From NCBI GenBank assembly GCA_913043815.1, contig CAJWNY010000003.1, positions 7,194 to 71,193 on the forward strand: DNA of 64,000 nt. The letters run 5' to 3'. Below, one piece after another: positions 1-9,065 of the stretch; the first letter of the stretch is position 1; each line of letters starts with the position of its first letter. A model generated the notes under the pieces. The model was not told where the DNA came from and ran no database searches. It saw only the letters and a list, made by a program, of their open reading frames with translations. The stretch comes from an uncultured Gammaproteobacteria bacterium. GTDB lineage: Bacteria > Pseudomonadota > Gammaproteobacteria > Pseudomonadales > Azotimanducaceae. A program made the position numbers and the translations under genes.

Positions 1-128
1 GTTCCAGCCATAATATTGCCCCCGTGATTGACCAACGCCAATAGTGAACCCACTACAAGACTGGTGCTTATCGCACTAGTTTGTACGTTTGCCGCAAAAA
101 TCAGTTCTCGAAGGGATATATGTTTCAA
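1..128 (-). pseudogene. NrtS-like small membrane protein fragment; truncated by window edge, possibly frameshifted
   Basis: Manual translation from TTG128: (M)KHISLRELIFAANVQTSAISTSLVVGSLLALVNHG. The LVVGSLLALVNHG segment resembles the NrtS family motif. The nearby ATGs (150/144) are in another frame. Confidence 0.45.
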
Positions 129-170
129 TTTTTCTGTCTGACATGCTCATTTAAGAATCTGGCATATTGA

Positions 171-770
171 TTAGCTCAGCGCGGCTAAAGCGAACAGCCC
201 ACCTAGTGTGCCTGCCGCGGTGGCTCGCTGGAATGTTTTTGATGTCAATTGATCAAGTGTTTCTTTGGGGTCAGCGCCGTCTAAGGTTTGACGCAAAATA
301 CCAGTTTCTATAACTGTGGCGTAAACGATAAAACCGAATACTGAGCTGACCAGAGCGATACGTCCAAGGCTGTCAAAAGGGATGGCAATAACCACCAGCA
401 CCAACAAAAGCCAATGCAATATCCAGCCGCCAAAGCTCATCCAGTGAAATTGGCGCTGATCATTAATAGACATATCAAAGTTAAAACGGAAAAACGAAAA
501 GCTTCTGGGCATGACTCGGGGTGCTGTGGCACCAGATAGCTTAGCGCCGGTGTAGTGGCCCCATTCGTGGAAGAGTGCACCTAGTATGTAGCCGACAAAA
601 ATAGCGTCGCCAATGCTCAGTAGTTGTGCAAACCAAAGGCCAGAAAACAGGTACCAAGTATCTGCGGCCGCCCAGACAGAGAGAGCGATAAGGGCTATGC
701 CAATGTCACGAGATAACATTGAGAACATACTAGGTTCTGGTCTGATTTTAGGTTTGCTTTCTTCGGTCAC
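171..770 (-). CDS. Integral membrane protein with HExxH motif (possible M50/zincin-like metalloprotein)
   Basis: Several hydrophobic helices, LFHEWGH inside a TM helix, GGGA RBS before the GTG start. Confidence 0.6.
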   Translation of the reverse strand: MTEESKPKIRPEPSMFSMLSRDIGIALIALSVWAAADTWYLFSGLWFAQLLSIGDAIFVGYILGALFHEWGHYTGAKLSGATAPRVMPRSFSFFRFNFDMSINDQRQFHWMSFGGWILHWLLLVLVVIAIPFDSLGRIALVSSVFGFIVYATVIETGILRQTLDGADPKETLDQLTSKTFQRATAAGTLGGLFALAALS

Positions 771-934
771 AGTATTTCCCCCTGCTTGTTTTTGTTAGCT
801 TATTTAGCCAGCCCTCTTACTTGGCTTTCATAGTTGGCTTTTCTGGTTAGATTTACAAGTTGGCAATTTATACCCGCAATTAGTTAGATGAGGATATGGC
901 TAGGTTTTAGGGTTCGCCGTTAGTATTGTTTTCG

Positions 935-1714
935 CTAGGCGGTTATCCGCACCCTGACGCCGCCAATACCTATACCGAAATCACCACGAAAATCTCCGGG
1001 TGCAAAGGGCGTTTTTCCATAAGCACCAGTGATAACGTATTGGTCAGGGGCTAAGGTGTGACCAAAGCGGTGGAGTCGATTGGCCAAAATGCTTAAAGAT
1101 TCGAAGTGATCGTCAATGTGACCTAGGCTAGGAACGCGCTCGACTAATTGCTCGCCTTCGTTCCCGCTTTGGCTATATAGGGCCACCTCAAGTTCAGTCA
1201 ACTCTGCTGTGGTATTTGCCAGTGGTACTGTGTCGCCGACGACGATGCCCCAATTAGATAGGTTGTCCGATACCCTTAAACCTGCTGAACAGCCTCCGGG
1301 CAGGCGTTTTTGGTTGATTTCAAAGGCTGGCGCCAAACCGGCGATGGCAGTTTTAGCGCGATCAGGTGTTGTGGCTTCGCCTAGATAGTCCGCCATAACA
1401 AAGCAAAGTTCATTTTCGATCCCACCTGTATATAAATCTTTGCGCGGAATGCTGGCTCCACTCAACAGTGTGCGGCTGCGCAATACAAAGCCAAATGGGC
1501 GAATGCCATCACCCAGTGCATTGCGCGACTCTCCAGACGTCATACCTACTTTCCACCCGGCGAGTTCTTCGCCTTGTTCCAACCAACGCTCTAGTAACTG
1601 CAATTGCAGCCGCTGCCCTTCGTCAGTGCTGAGTTCTTGCGCTTCTAGCAGGGGGGCTGGATCAATGTCTGGGTTTTGATGCAAGGCCCATAGAGTGTCG
1701 ATAATATTCAGCAT
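935..1714 (-). CDS. 2-keto-4-pentenoate hydratase / FAH-fold family protein
   Basis: GWKVGMT, IENELCF, PAFEI, DNLSNWG and ITGA motifs typical of MhpD/HpcG. Confidence 0.8.
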   Translation of the reverse strand: MLNIIDTLWALHQNPDIDPAPLLEAQELSTDEGQRLQLQLLERWLEQGEELAGWKVGMTSGESRNALGDGIRPFGFVLRSRTLLSGASIPRKDLYTGGIENELCFVMADYLGEATTPDRAKTAIAGLAPAFEINQKRLPGGCSAGLRVSDNLSNWGIVVGDTVPLANTTAELTELEVALYSQSGNEGEQLVERVPSLGHIDDHFESLSILANRLHRFGHTLAPDQYVITGAYGKTPFAPGDFRGDFGIGIGGVRVRITA

Positions 1715-1949
1715 GGTAGTTCTAATTTGTCTAAATCGGATGGCCTAAGGTTAGCGCATTTTTGCGTTAGATGAAAAATCCACCGCTGGTTAGGTTGTTA
1801 ATGCCATTGTGTTTTTTGGCTATATTGATGGTTAGCATTCTTTGGTTGCTACCTATGGCCCATTGCCGGTAAGTTTAGGGTTCTTAACTGTCGCATCCGA
1901 ATTGGGGAATTGGGGCATTGCGACAAAATTGTTAACTGGGAGATTAATC

Positions 1950-3128
1950 ATGGCCTATGCACCGCAACAGCGACCTTACTATGACGCGGACAGCCACATC
2001 ATGGAACTGCCGGACTTTCTAAAAGCCTACGCGGATCCTGAAATCCGTGACGAAATTCCATCAGTAAGTTACAGCGCGTCTGTGGTCACAGACGACGAAG
2101 TTGCCGTGATTATGGAGCAAGGCGGCAAACACTCTGATGCACACGTGGCGGCTCAACTTGCCATGGGCGATGCGCTGATAGAGAACTCCAAAGAGATCCA
2201 AGCCTTGGGCGCGTTCAACGGTCCAGACCGTTCCGCGGCGTTAGACTTGCTTGGATTTAAGAAGCAGTTGGTGTTTGCAACACACTCAGTGGCGTTTCCA
2301 TTTCATCCTAGTTCTAAAAAAGATCCCAAGCTGCGCTACGGCGCCACTCGCGCGCATAACCGACATATGTTGGACTTTTGTTCTGCGGATGATCGCTTAA
2401 TGGGCGTAGGCATTGTGCCTTTAGACAACCCTGACCTGGCGATTCAAGAAGTGGAGTGGGCTATTAAAGAGGGTCTGCAATCCATCTGGATTCCTCATCG
2501 TGCACCTATTGGACACTCGCCAGGACACGTAGATTTGGAAGGCTTTTGGGCTAGGTTGGCAGAAGCTAATGTGCCTTTCGTTCTCCACGTGGGCGGCGCA
2601 CCTTTGCAGGTATCTAATGATTGGGGCAACAATGGCCGCGCACCAGTAAAAGATTGGTTAGGTGGCGGTGAAAACGTACGCACCAAAGATGCGGCTGTAT
2701 TGCATCAAACACCAGAAATGTTCCTGAGTGTGATGCTGTTAGATGGTGTGTTTGATCGTCACCCCGGTCTGCGTGGCGCAGCCGTAGAACTTGGAGCAGG
2801 CTGGGTCCCAGAGATGTGTCGCCGCCTCGATTGGGTAACACGTATTTATGGTCGCTCTGATAAGTCAGTGCGTTTTGATCGCGTACCTTCACAGCAGCTC
2901 ATAGAGCAAATGGCGTTCACACCTTTCTCTCACGAAGATGTAGCCTACTTGATGAAAGACTCACATCCGGATCTATATCTGTTTTCCAGTGACTATCCGC
3001 ACTTAGAAGGCACTAAAGATCCAATAGGTCGTTTTGAACGGTTCCTAGAAAACTCGGAACCCGCAATCCGCGACGCCTTTTATGCGGAAAACTTTTTGCG
3101 CCTCTGGCCTAGTGCCCGCGTAGATTAG
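1950..3128 (+). CDS. Amidohydrolase family protein (Amidohydro_2)
   Basis: DADSH metal motif, VLHVGG, VELGAGW, FSSDYPH; start moved to ATG1950 after GGGAGA RBS. Confidence 0.88.
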   Translation: MAYAPQQRPYYDADSHIMELPDFLKAYADPEIRDEIPSVSYSASVVTDDEVAVIMEQGGKHSDAHVAAQLAMGDALIENSKEIQALGAFNGPDRSAALDLLGFKKQLVFATHSVAFPFHPSSKKDPKLRYGATRAHNRHMLDFCSADDRLMGVGIVPLDNPDLAIQEVEWAIKEGLQSIWIPHRAPIGHSPGHVDLEGFWARLAEANVPFVLHVGGAPLQVSNDWGNNGRAPVKDWLGGGENVRTKDAAVLHQTPEMFLSVMLLDGVFDRHPGLRGAAVELGAGWVPEMCRRLDWVTRIYGRSDKSVRFDRVPSQQLIEQMAFTPFSHEDVAYLMKDSHPDLYLFSSDYPHLEGTKDPIGRFERFLENSEPAIRDAFYAENFLRLWPSARVD

Positions 3129-3341
3129 TACTGGAGGATTCGCCTCAAATCTTGAAAAGTTAGGTCAAATTATGGGGCTAAAGTGCGCCCATAGATGAGG
3201 ACTAAAGAATATTGCTCAAAGTTCTGTCCTAAACCGTGAAAAAAGAGATGATTAATTTGGTTATTTTTTTGTCTAGGCTAATAAAAATCTCGCCACCGTG
3301 TTTGTCGTTAGGTAACACAAACTAATCTTTGGTAGACGACT

Positions 3342-3836
3342 GTGAATAGAGTTTGGAAAAAAGCAGTTCTTTTGTCTGTATCTCTCTCAGCAGTGTGTTT
3401 GCTTGCTGGCGCCCTGACCTTTTGGTTCAGCTGTCCCTGTGACCGTCTGCCTGGTGGTCCGTTGAAAGGCCAGTTGGTTAGCGTAGCTATTCCGGACTGG
3501 TCCTTTGCTAACGATGCGCCTCTATGCCAAATTCAGGTGGCCGCAATTATTCCTTGGTCAGTAAATCTCAATTGTATGTCTGAAGGTGGTCAGCTTTATT
3601 TAAGTTGCGCGCGTTGCGAACGAAAGTTTTGGTCAAATACTGCGCTGAATAATACCAATGGTTACGTTGGTATTAGCGGCAAGGTCTACCCGGTCTCAAT
3701 GGCTCGGGTATTAGACCCTGAGATATTAGATATCGCCTGGCATAGTCGAGCGCAAAAGGTTGGTAGAGGAAATGGTTTGCCCAGAGCAGATCATTGGTGG
3801 TCTTTTAGTCTAATCAGCCGGCCCCTCGTTAAATAA
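3342..3836 (+). CDS. Membrane-anchored Cys-rich hypothetical protein (possible split beta-barrel fold)
   Basis: N-terminal TM helix, CPC..PGGPLxG, DWSFA, PWSVN, CxxC. Confidence 0.65.
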   Translation: MNRVWKKAVLLSVSLSAVCLLAGALTFWFSCPCDRLPGGPLKGQLVSVAIPDWSFANDAPLCQIQVAAIIPWSVNLNCMSEGGQLYLSCARCERKFWSNTALNNTNGYVGISGKVYPVSMARVLDPEILDIAWHSRAQKVGRGNGLPRADHWWSFSLISRPLVK

Positions 3837-3976
3837 AACCCGGAACCGGCGCTGCGCAATTAGTGGCTTTAAACTTGAAGGAAAACTGGCACCTTTAGTT
3901 AAGAAGACCTTTTCGAAAAAAAGCCCTCTGCGAGTGAAGGCCATTCGAACTGCAGGTGCTGGCAAAGCAGTGCTGA

Positions 3977-4777
3977 CTAGCTATGCTCAAAGAACATTGA
4001 AGTACGACCACCATCTACCACTAGATCGTGACAGGTGACAAATCGCCCAGCATCGCTGGCTAAGTAAAGGGCAGCCTCTGCGATATCTAGTGCGTAGCCG
4101 GTTTTCTCTAAGGGTACGGATGCTGCCAAACTCTTTTCGAGCTTCGCCATTTTGCGCTCATTTTCTTCATCTGAGAGAGTGTTGGCTCTGCCTGAACCGC
4201 CCCAGAAAATTGGCGTGGCAATGGCGCCAGGTGAAATTGAATTCACTCTGATGTTATGCGCGCCAAGCTCTATGCCGGACATTTTGCTGAAATGGGTTAC
4301 GCCAGCTTTTAGCGACGAGTAAAGAGGGTCCCCTTGGCGGTAGCGCAGGGCGGCAATGCTTGAGTTATTGATGATACAGCCGCCACCGTTGGCCTTCATT
4401 GGTTCAATGGCATAACGGGTCCCGAGAATGACGCTAGAGAGTAACAATCGAACACCGTAGTCGATGTGCTCCTGGCCGATCTTATCAATAGGCGCGCCCA
4501 CTGGCCCGCCGGCATTGTTAAACAAAATATCCAGTTTGCCAAATTCAGCTACCGTGAATTCCACGCTTTTACAGATATCCTCCTCTTGGGTTACGTCCGC
4601 CTCAAAATAGAGGGTCCCCGCACCGATAGCGCCTGCCAGTGTTCGGCCCTTCTCCTTTGAGCGGCCACTGATGACAACTTTTGCGCCTTCGGCAGCAAAA
4701 AGTTTCGCGGTCTCAGCGCCAATGCCACTGGTACCTCCGGTTATAAGGGCGACTTTGCCCGCTAATCTATTTGCCAT
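3977..4777 (-). CDS. SDR family oxidoreductase
   Basis: TGGTSGIG, NNAG, YSSLK (YxxxK), IRVNSISPG; start ATG4777 with AGGAG RBS. Confidence 0.92.
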   Translation of the reverse strand: MANRLAGKVALITGGTSGIGAETAKLFAAEGAKVVISGRSKEKGRTLAGAIGAGTLYFEADVTQEEDICKSVEFTVAEFGKLDILFNNAGGPVGAPIDKIGQEHIDYGVRLLLSSVILGTRYAIEPMKANGGGCIINNSSIAALRYRQGDPLYSSLKAGVTHFSKMSGIELGAHNIRVNSISPGAIATPIFWGGSGRANTLSDEENERKMAKLEKSLAASVPLEKTGYALDIAEAALYLASDAGRFVTCHDLVVDGGRTSMFFEHS

Positions 4778-5179
4778 AATTTCTCCTAGTGGGCTCGTCT
4801 TTTTTATTTGTGACCCAGGTTGCTGGTGTAAATTAATTCGCACAATCAATGTGGGCAGATATTTTTTGGCCTGCCGTTAAGTTCGGTAAAGCTTACATTA
4901 AACAAATATCGTCAGCAGCTAACCCCTTATACCATCCGAGCCATGTTTCGCCCTCCGCAATTTTTCCACCGATGAATAGAAAATTGAGGCATGTAGCGGC
5001 GAAGAGTAATTCCGCGAAAGGTTTATTTAATGCACTTACTCATTGAGCTAGCTCCGGCTGCTGATTTAATAGAAAAAAGCGTTAAAACCCATTTCAACCG
5101 GATGTAGTTGGATAGGGGCTTTTTTGGTTTCAGGCGAACCGGGCAGCTCTTTTTAATTTTCTATTAATCTTGTGGCATA

Positions 5180-5797
5180 TTATGTGGGCAACTGGCCTTT
5201 ATTGAGTAGCGACTCAAAAGGGTCAATACTGGGCTCGGTGTGCCATTGATACTCAGCGTAATTAACTACTTGCTGTGCAGCCTCTGCGCCAAACAAGCGC
5301 TGTATGACGGCTAACGCCATGTCTATACCCGCAGAAACACCAGAAGAAGTGACATAGCGTCCTGCGTCTACCCATCGGGCGGCTTCTTGCCAATCTACTT
5401 GATTACTTTGGCTGCGGGCTAGTTCAAAGAACATTTTATTTGTAGTGGCAGCTAGGCCATCAAGCAAACCAGCTTTAGCCAATAGCGCCGATCCAGTGCA
5501 CACGCTCATGGTTATCTGGCTTTTTGCAGCGCGGGTCTTGAGGAATGTCAGCATGGCTTCATTGGCCAATTCTGGAATAGTGCCAACACCGCCGGGCAGC
5601 AAGATTAGGTCCAATTTTGGGGCATCATCGAATCCATAGTCAGCTATGGTTTTAGGTCCAGCCGACGAGCTTACCGGGCCAGCTCGCTCTGCAATGGTGA
5701 CGATCTCAATTTCATCACCTAAAGCGCCAAACATTTCTAATGGTCCGTATGCATCTAGTAATTCAAAATCGTTATAAAAAATGGCGCCCAGTCGCAT
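5180..5797 (-). CDS. DJ-1/PfpI family protein (InhA/isonitrile hydratase-like)
   Basis: ELLDAYGP, LPGGVG, SVCTG catalytic Cys, TSSGVSAGID; AAGGAG RBS before ATG5797. Confidence 0.9.
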   Translation of the reverse strand: MRLGAIFYNDFELLDAYGPLEMFGALGDEIEIVTIAERAGPVSSSAGPKTIADYGFDDAPKLDLILLPGGVGTIPELANEAMLTFLKTRAAKSQITMSVCTGSALLAKAGLLDGLAATTNKMFFELARSQSNQVDWQEAARWVDAGRYVTSSGVSAGIDMALAVIQRLFGAEAAQQVVNYAEYQWHTEPSIDPFESLLNKGQLPT

Positions 5798-5869
5798 GTC
5801 TATGTCTCCTTCTCGTTGGTCCACTTAATGGGTAGGACCGTTTATGGGGATTGTGCTATTTTGATGGTC

Positions 5870-6928
5870 TTAAGTCGGCCATGAGTTGGTTTCGTTTTGA
5901 ATAAGGTCTACCGCTTCTTCTAATGCTGCAGTGCGGTCTTTCCAGCTTTCGCCACCAGTACCCAAACGGAAGGTATTTACTCCGGAGTCACGGAAAGCGC
6001 GCAGGCGCGAACGAATCATATCTTCGGTGCCTATGAGGTTAGTTAGCAAGACCATTTCGTCTGGCACTCGTGCGATCGCTTGGTCGCGCTTACCGTCTAT
6101 CCACAGGCTTTGCACGGCTTTGGCATCGTCTTCGTAGCCCGCTCTGCAATAGGCGTCGTTATAAAAGTTAGTTTTTGCAGAACCCATGCCGCCTAGGGTG
6201 AAGGCCATGGCCGGTTTGCGGGCTTCAATGAGTCGCTCAACGTCATCACTCAGTTCAAAGAAGCCGCCAGTTTGAATATCTATTTCTGTAAAATCTCTGC
6301 CAGCTAGCTTTGCCCCCGCTTTGAGGTCGTCCAAAAATACGTGACCCTGTTCGGGTAGAAAGCAAGTACCCAGCCAGCCATCGGCAATCTCGCCAGTCAT
6401 CTGTAAAGACTTAGGACCCAGAGTAGCTAAATAGATGGGCAAATCTGGGCGCGGTGGTTGCGATAAGCGAATGGGTTTGCCTTCGCCGCCAGGTCTCGGA
6501 AGGTGGTAGTGCTCCCCCTCATATTGCAGTTTTTCGCCGTTCAGAGCCATGCGTAAAATCGCCATGCACTCACGCATGCGTGACAGTGGCTTAGCAAATG
6601 CAGCACCGTGCAGGCCTTCTACAACCTGCGGGCCACTTACACCTAGGCCCAGGTTAAAGCGCCCCTTGGATACGGTATCTAGGCTCTGTGCCGTCATAGC
6701 GATCATGGATGGCACGCGGGCGCTGACTTGCATGATGCCGGTGCCTAAGCGGATATTTTCGGTTTTGGCGGCGAGGTAGGCCAGAGGCACAATTGCATCC
6801 ATACCCCAAGCTTCTGCAGACCAGGCTTCGTTAACGCCCATGCGGTCAGCGGCCATGGTGTAATCCACGAGGCTGTCCCATTCTTCGCCGTTGTAGTATG
6901 CGGAGCCTATTGAAATTGAAATACGCAT
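5870..6928 (-). CDS. LLM class oxidoreductase, probable F420-dependent (Rv3520c-like)
   Basis: WSAEAWGMDA, GTGIMQ..ARVP, GLGVSGPQVVEGLHG, GGMGS..NFYN. Confidence 0.85.
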   Translation of the reverse strand: MRISISIGSAYYNGEEWDSLVDYTMAADRMGVNEAWSAEAWGMDAIVPLAYLAAKTENIRLGTGIMQVSARVPSMIAMTAQSLDTVSKGRFNLGLGVSGPQVVEGLHGAAFAKPLSRMRECMAILRMALNGEKLQYEGEHYHLPRPGGEGKPIRLSQPPRPDLPIYLATLGPKSLQMTGEIADGWLGTCFLPEQGHVFLDDLKAGAKLAGRDFTEIDIQTGGFFELSDDVERLIEARKPAMAFTLGGMGSAKTNFYNDAYCRAGYEDDAKAVQSLWIDGKRDQAIARVPDEMVLLTNLIGTEDMIRSRLRAFRDSGVNTFRLGTGGESWKDRTAALEEAVDLIQNETNSWPT

Positions 6929-7116
6929 TTAGTCCTCTCCTGAGTTTGCCGATTTTAGTTTGCCCGTTTTGGGCTGCAACAATAAGCCCAAAGCAAATTC
7001 ATTTTTTTGCTTTGCTGGCAATATGTGTTCATTGTTCTTGCTGTCGAGGAACTTGTTTTCCGCCTTTGGTTTTGAGGCTCCTCGTAAAGAGTACAACTTC
7101 TATGGCTGTGATGGCT

Positions 7117-7145
7117 TTGTCAATATTGACGAGTGTGTCTAGAAT
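7117..7145 (+). promoter_or_regulatory. Putative sigma70 promoter of the small-protein/ligase operon
   Basis: TTGTCA-17 bp-TAGAAT, about 60 nt upstream of ATG7205. Confidence 0.55.
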
Positions 7146-7204
7146 TAGGTCAAATTCGAAAGTATTTGTTTATTAAGAATTCTTATTATTTTGAGGGGAG
7201 AGAA

Positions 7205-7516
7205 ATGGCTGAGTTGAAAACAGGTGGGCGGTTCAAAAGCGCGGTATGTACTGCAGAAATTATGGTTGTGTCCGCGCCAAGTGGTGATGTTAATCTGACT
7301 TGTGGGGGTGTTGTTATGGTAGAAAGCGCCAGCGGTGCAGTAAATGGTGGAGAAATTCATCCAGATCACGCTGTTGGTGTGGCTATTGGTAAGCGTTACA
7401 TCAACGAAGAAGAAACTCTTGAAGTACTGTGCGTGAAGAATGGCGATGGTGGCTTGGCGGTAGCTGGGCAACTGCTGCTGCAAAAGGATACTAAGAAACT
7501 TCCTAAGACCGACTAG
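7205..7516 (+). CDS. Small protein with two desulforedoxin-like repeats (103 aa)
   Basis: GAGGGGAG RBS; repeats GGRFKSAVCTAEIMVV..LTCGG..M and GKRYINEEETLEVLCV..GDGGLAVAG..L; 8 nt upstream of the ligase. Confidence 0.8.
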   Translation: MAELKTGGRFKSAVCTAEIMVVSAPSGDVNLTCGGVVMVESASGAVNGGEIHPDHAVGVAIGKRYINEEETLEVLCVKNGDGGLAVAGQLLLQKDTKKLPKTD

Positions 7517-7524
7517 GCCGCGCT

Positions 7525-9036
7525 ATGAATGTAATGATGTTGCTGGAAATGGCCAATGCTGCCTTTCCTGAGCGCACTGCGTTTACTGATGGTAGCAGTG
7601 GCGAAAGTTATACATATTCCGAGCTTTTTGAAGCGTCCCGTCGCCGAGCCGCCAGCGTTCGCGCTAGTGGCGCAGGGCGCTTGGTTAAGCTCGATGTTAG
7701 CAACTTGGCGACGCCTCTAAGTCTGTTCACTAGTGCTTGGGCCGGTGTGCCGTTCGTGCCGTTGAACTATCGCTTAACTGATGCCGAGATCGAGGCTCTG
7801 TTGAAGCGGGTTACGCCAGCTTATCTGGTGACTCAAGCGGATCGTGTGGCAACGCTAGGTGCTCTTAATGAAGTTAATGCGATTGCTTGCGCAAACTTTT
7901 TGGATGCGGGCCAGCACACTCAGGCTTTTGAGGGTGAGTGGTCCATGGATCCAGAAGAAGTGGCGGTATTGCTTTTTACCAGCGGCACTACGGGTGAACC
8001 AAAGGCAGCAGTTTTGCGCCACAAGCATTTGGTTAGTTATATTCTCAGCTCTGTAGAGTTTGCTAGCGCCGCTGAAGAAGATGCCTCCCTCGTGTGTGTT
8101 CCTCCCTATCATATCGCTGGTATCGCAGCGGTTATGAGTTCGGTTTATTCCGGTCGTCATGTGATTCAACTACCAAATTTTACTGCTGAAGCTTGGGTTC
8201 AATTGGCCCGTGAGCATAAGGTCACTACAGCTTTTGTCGTACCTACTATGTTGGCCAGAATTGTTGAGCTGTTGGAAGGCCAGGGTAACGTCACGGCAGA
8301 TATGCCACACCTTAATAGTCTTGCTTACGGCGGCGGCAAAATGCCGTTAAGCGTTATTAAAAAAGCGATGAGATTTTTCCCTAATACAGATTTTTCCAAT
8401 GCCTATGGGCTGACGGAAACCAGTTCTACTATTTGTGTGCTGGGGCCAGATGAACATAGAGAAACCGTCGCAAGTACAGATCCCATGATCAATAGACGTT
8501 TGGTTTCTGTCGGACGCGCCCTACCTGGTGTGGAGATTGAAATTCGTGATGACGAAGGTAAGTTGCTCAAAGCCGGTGGCCGTGGAGAAATTTACGTGCG
8601 CGGTGAACAAGTGTCTGGCGAGTATGAAGGTCGTGGTGCGGTAACCGATGTCGACGGCTGGTTCCCCACGCGTGATGCGGGCAGTATGGATGAAGAGGGT
8701 TATCTTTTTCTTGAAGGCCGTGCTGACGATGTCATTGTCCGCGGTGGTGAAAACCTCTCCCCGGGTGAAATTGAAGACGTCATGCTCACTCACCCAGATG
8801 TGGCGGACGTGGCCGTTGTGGGCATACCTGACGAGCAGTGGGGCGAGGCGGTTGCAGCGGCGGTAGTGGCTAAGCCTAACGTAAGTATAGACATTGACGC
8901 TTTGAAAACGATGATAAGCGAGCAGTTGCGGAGTTCTCGGGTGCCTGCTGTTATCTCTGTATGGTCCGAGTTGCCTTACAACGAAACAGGTAAGTTGCTG
9001 CGCCGTGTTGTTAAAGCTGAGTTGAGCCAGTCCTAG
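7525..9036 (+). CDS. Adenylate-forming enzyme (acyl-CoA ligase, ANL superfamily)
   Basis: FTSGTTGEPK, AYGLTET, TRDAG, GRADDVIVRGGEN, TGKLLRR. Confidence 0.92.
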   Translation: MNVMMLLEMANAAFPERTAFTDGSSGESYTYSELFEASRRRAASVRASGAGRLVKLDVSNLATPLSLFTSAWAGVPFVPLNYRLTDAEIEALLKRVTPAYLVTQADRVATLGALNEVNAIACANFLDAGQHTQAFEGEWSMDPEEVAVLLFTSGTTGEPKAAVLRHKHLVSYILSSVEFASAAEEDASLVCVPPYHIAGIAAVMSSVYSGRHVIQLPNFTAEAWVQLAREHKVTTAFVVPTMLARIVELLEGQGNVTADMPHLNSLAYGGGKMPLSVIKKAMRFFPNTDFSNAYGLTETSSTICVLGPDEHRETVASTDPMINRRLVSVGRALPGVEIEIRDDEGKLLKAGGRGEIYVRGEQVSGEYEGRGAVTDVDGWFPTRDAGSMDEEGYLFLEGRADDVIVRGGENLSPGEIEDVMLTHPDVADVAVVGIPDEQWGEAVAAAVVAKPNVSIDIDALKTMISEQLRSSRVPAVISVWSELPYNETGKLLRRVVKAELSQS

Positions 9037-9065
9037 GCATTATACCCGGTGTAAAATTCCTACGC

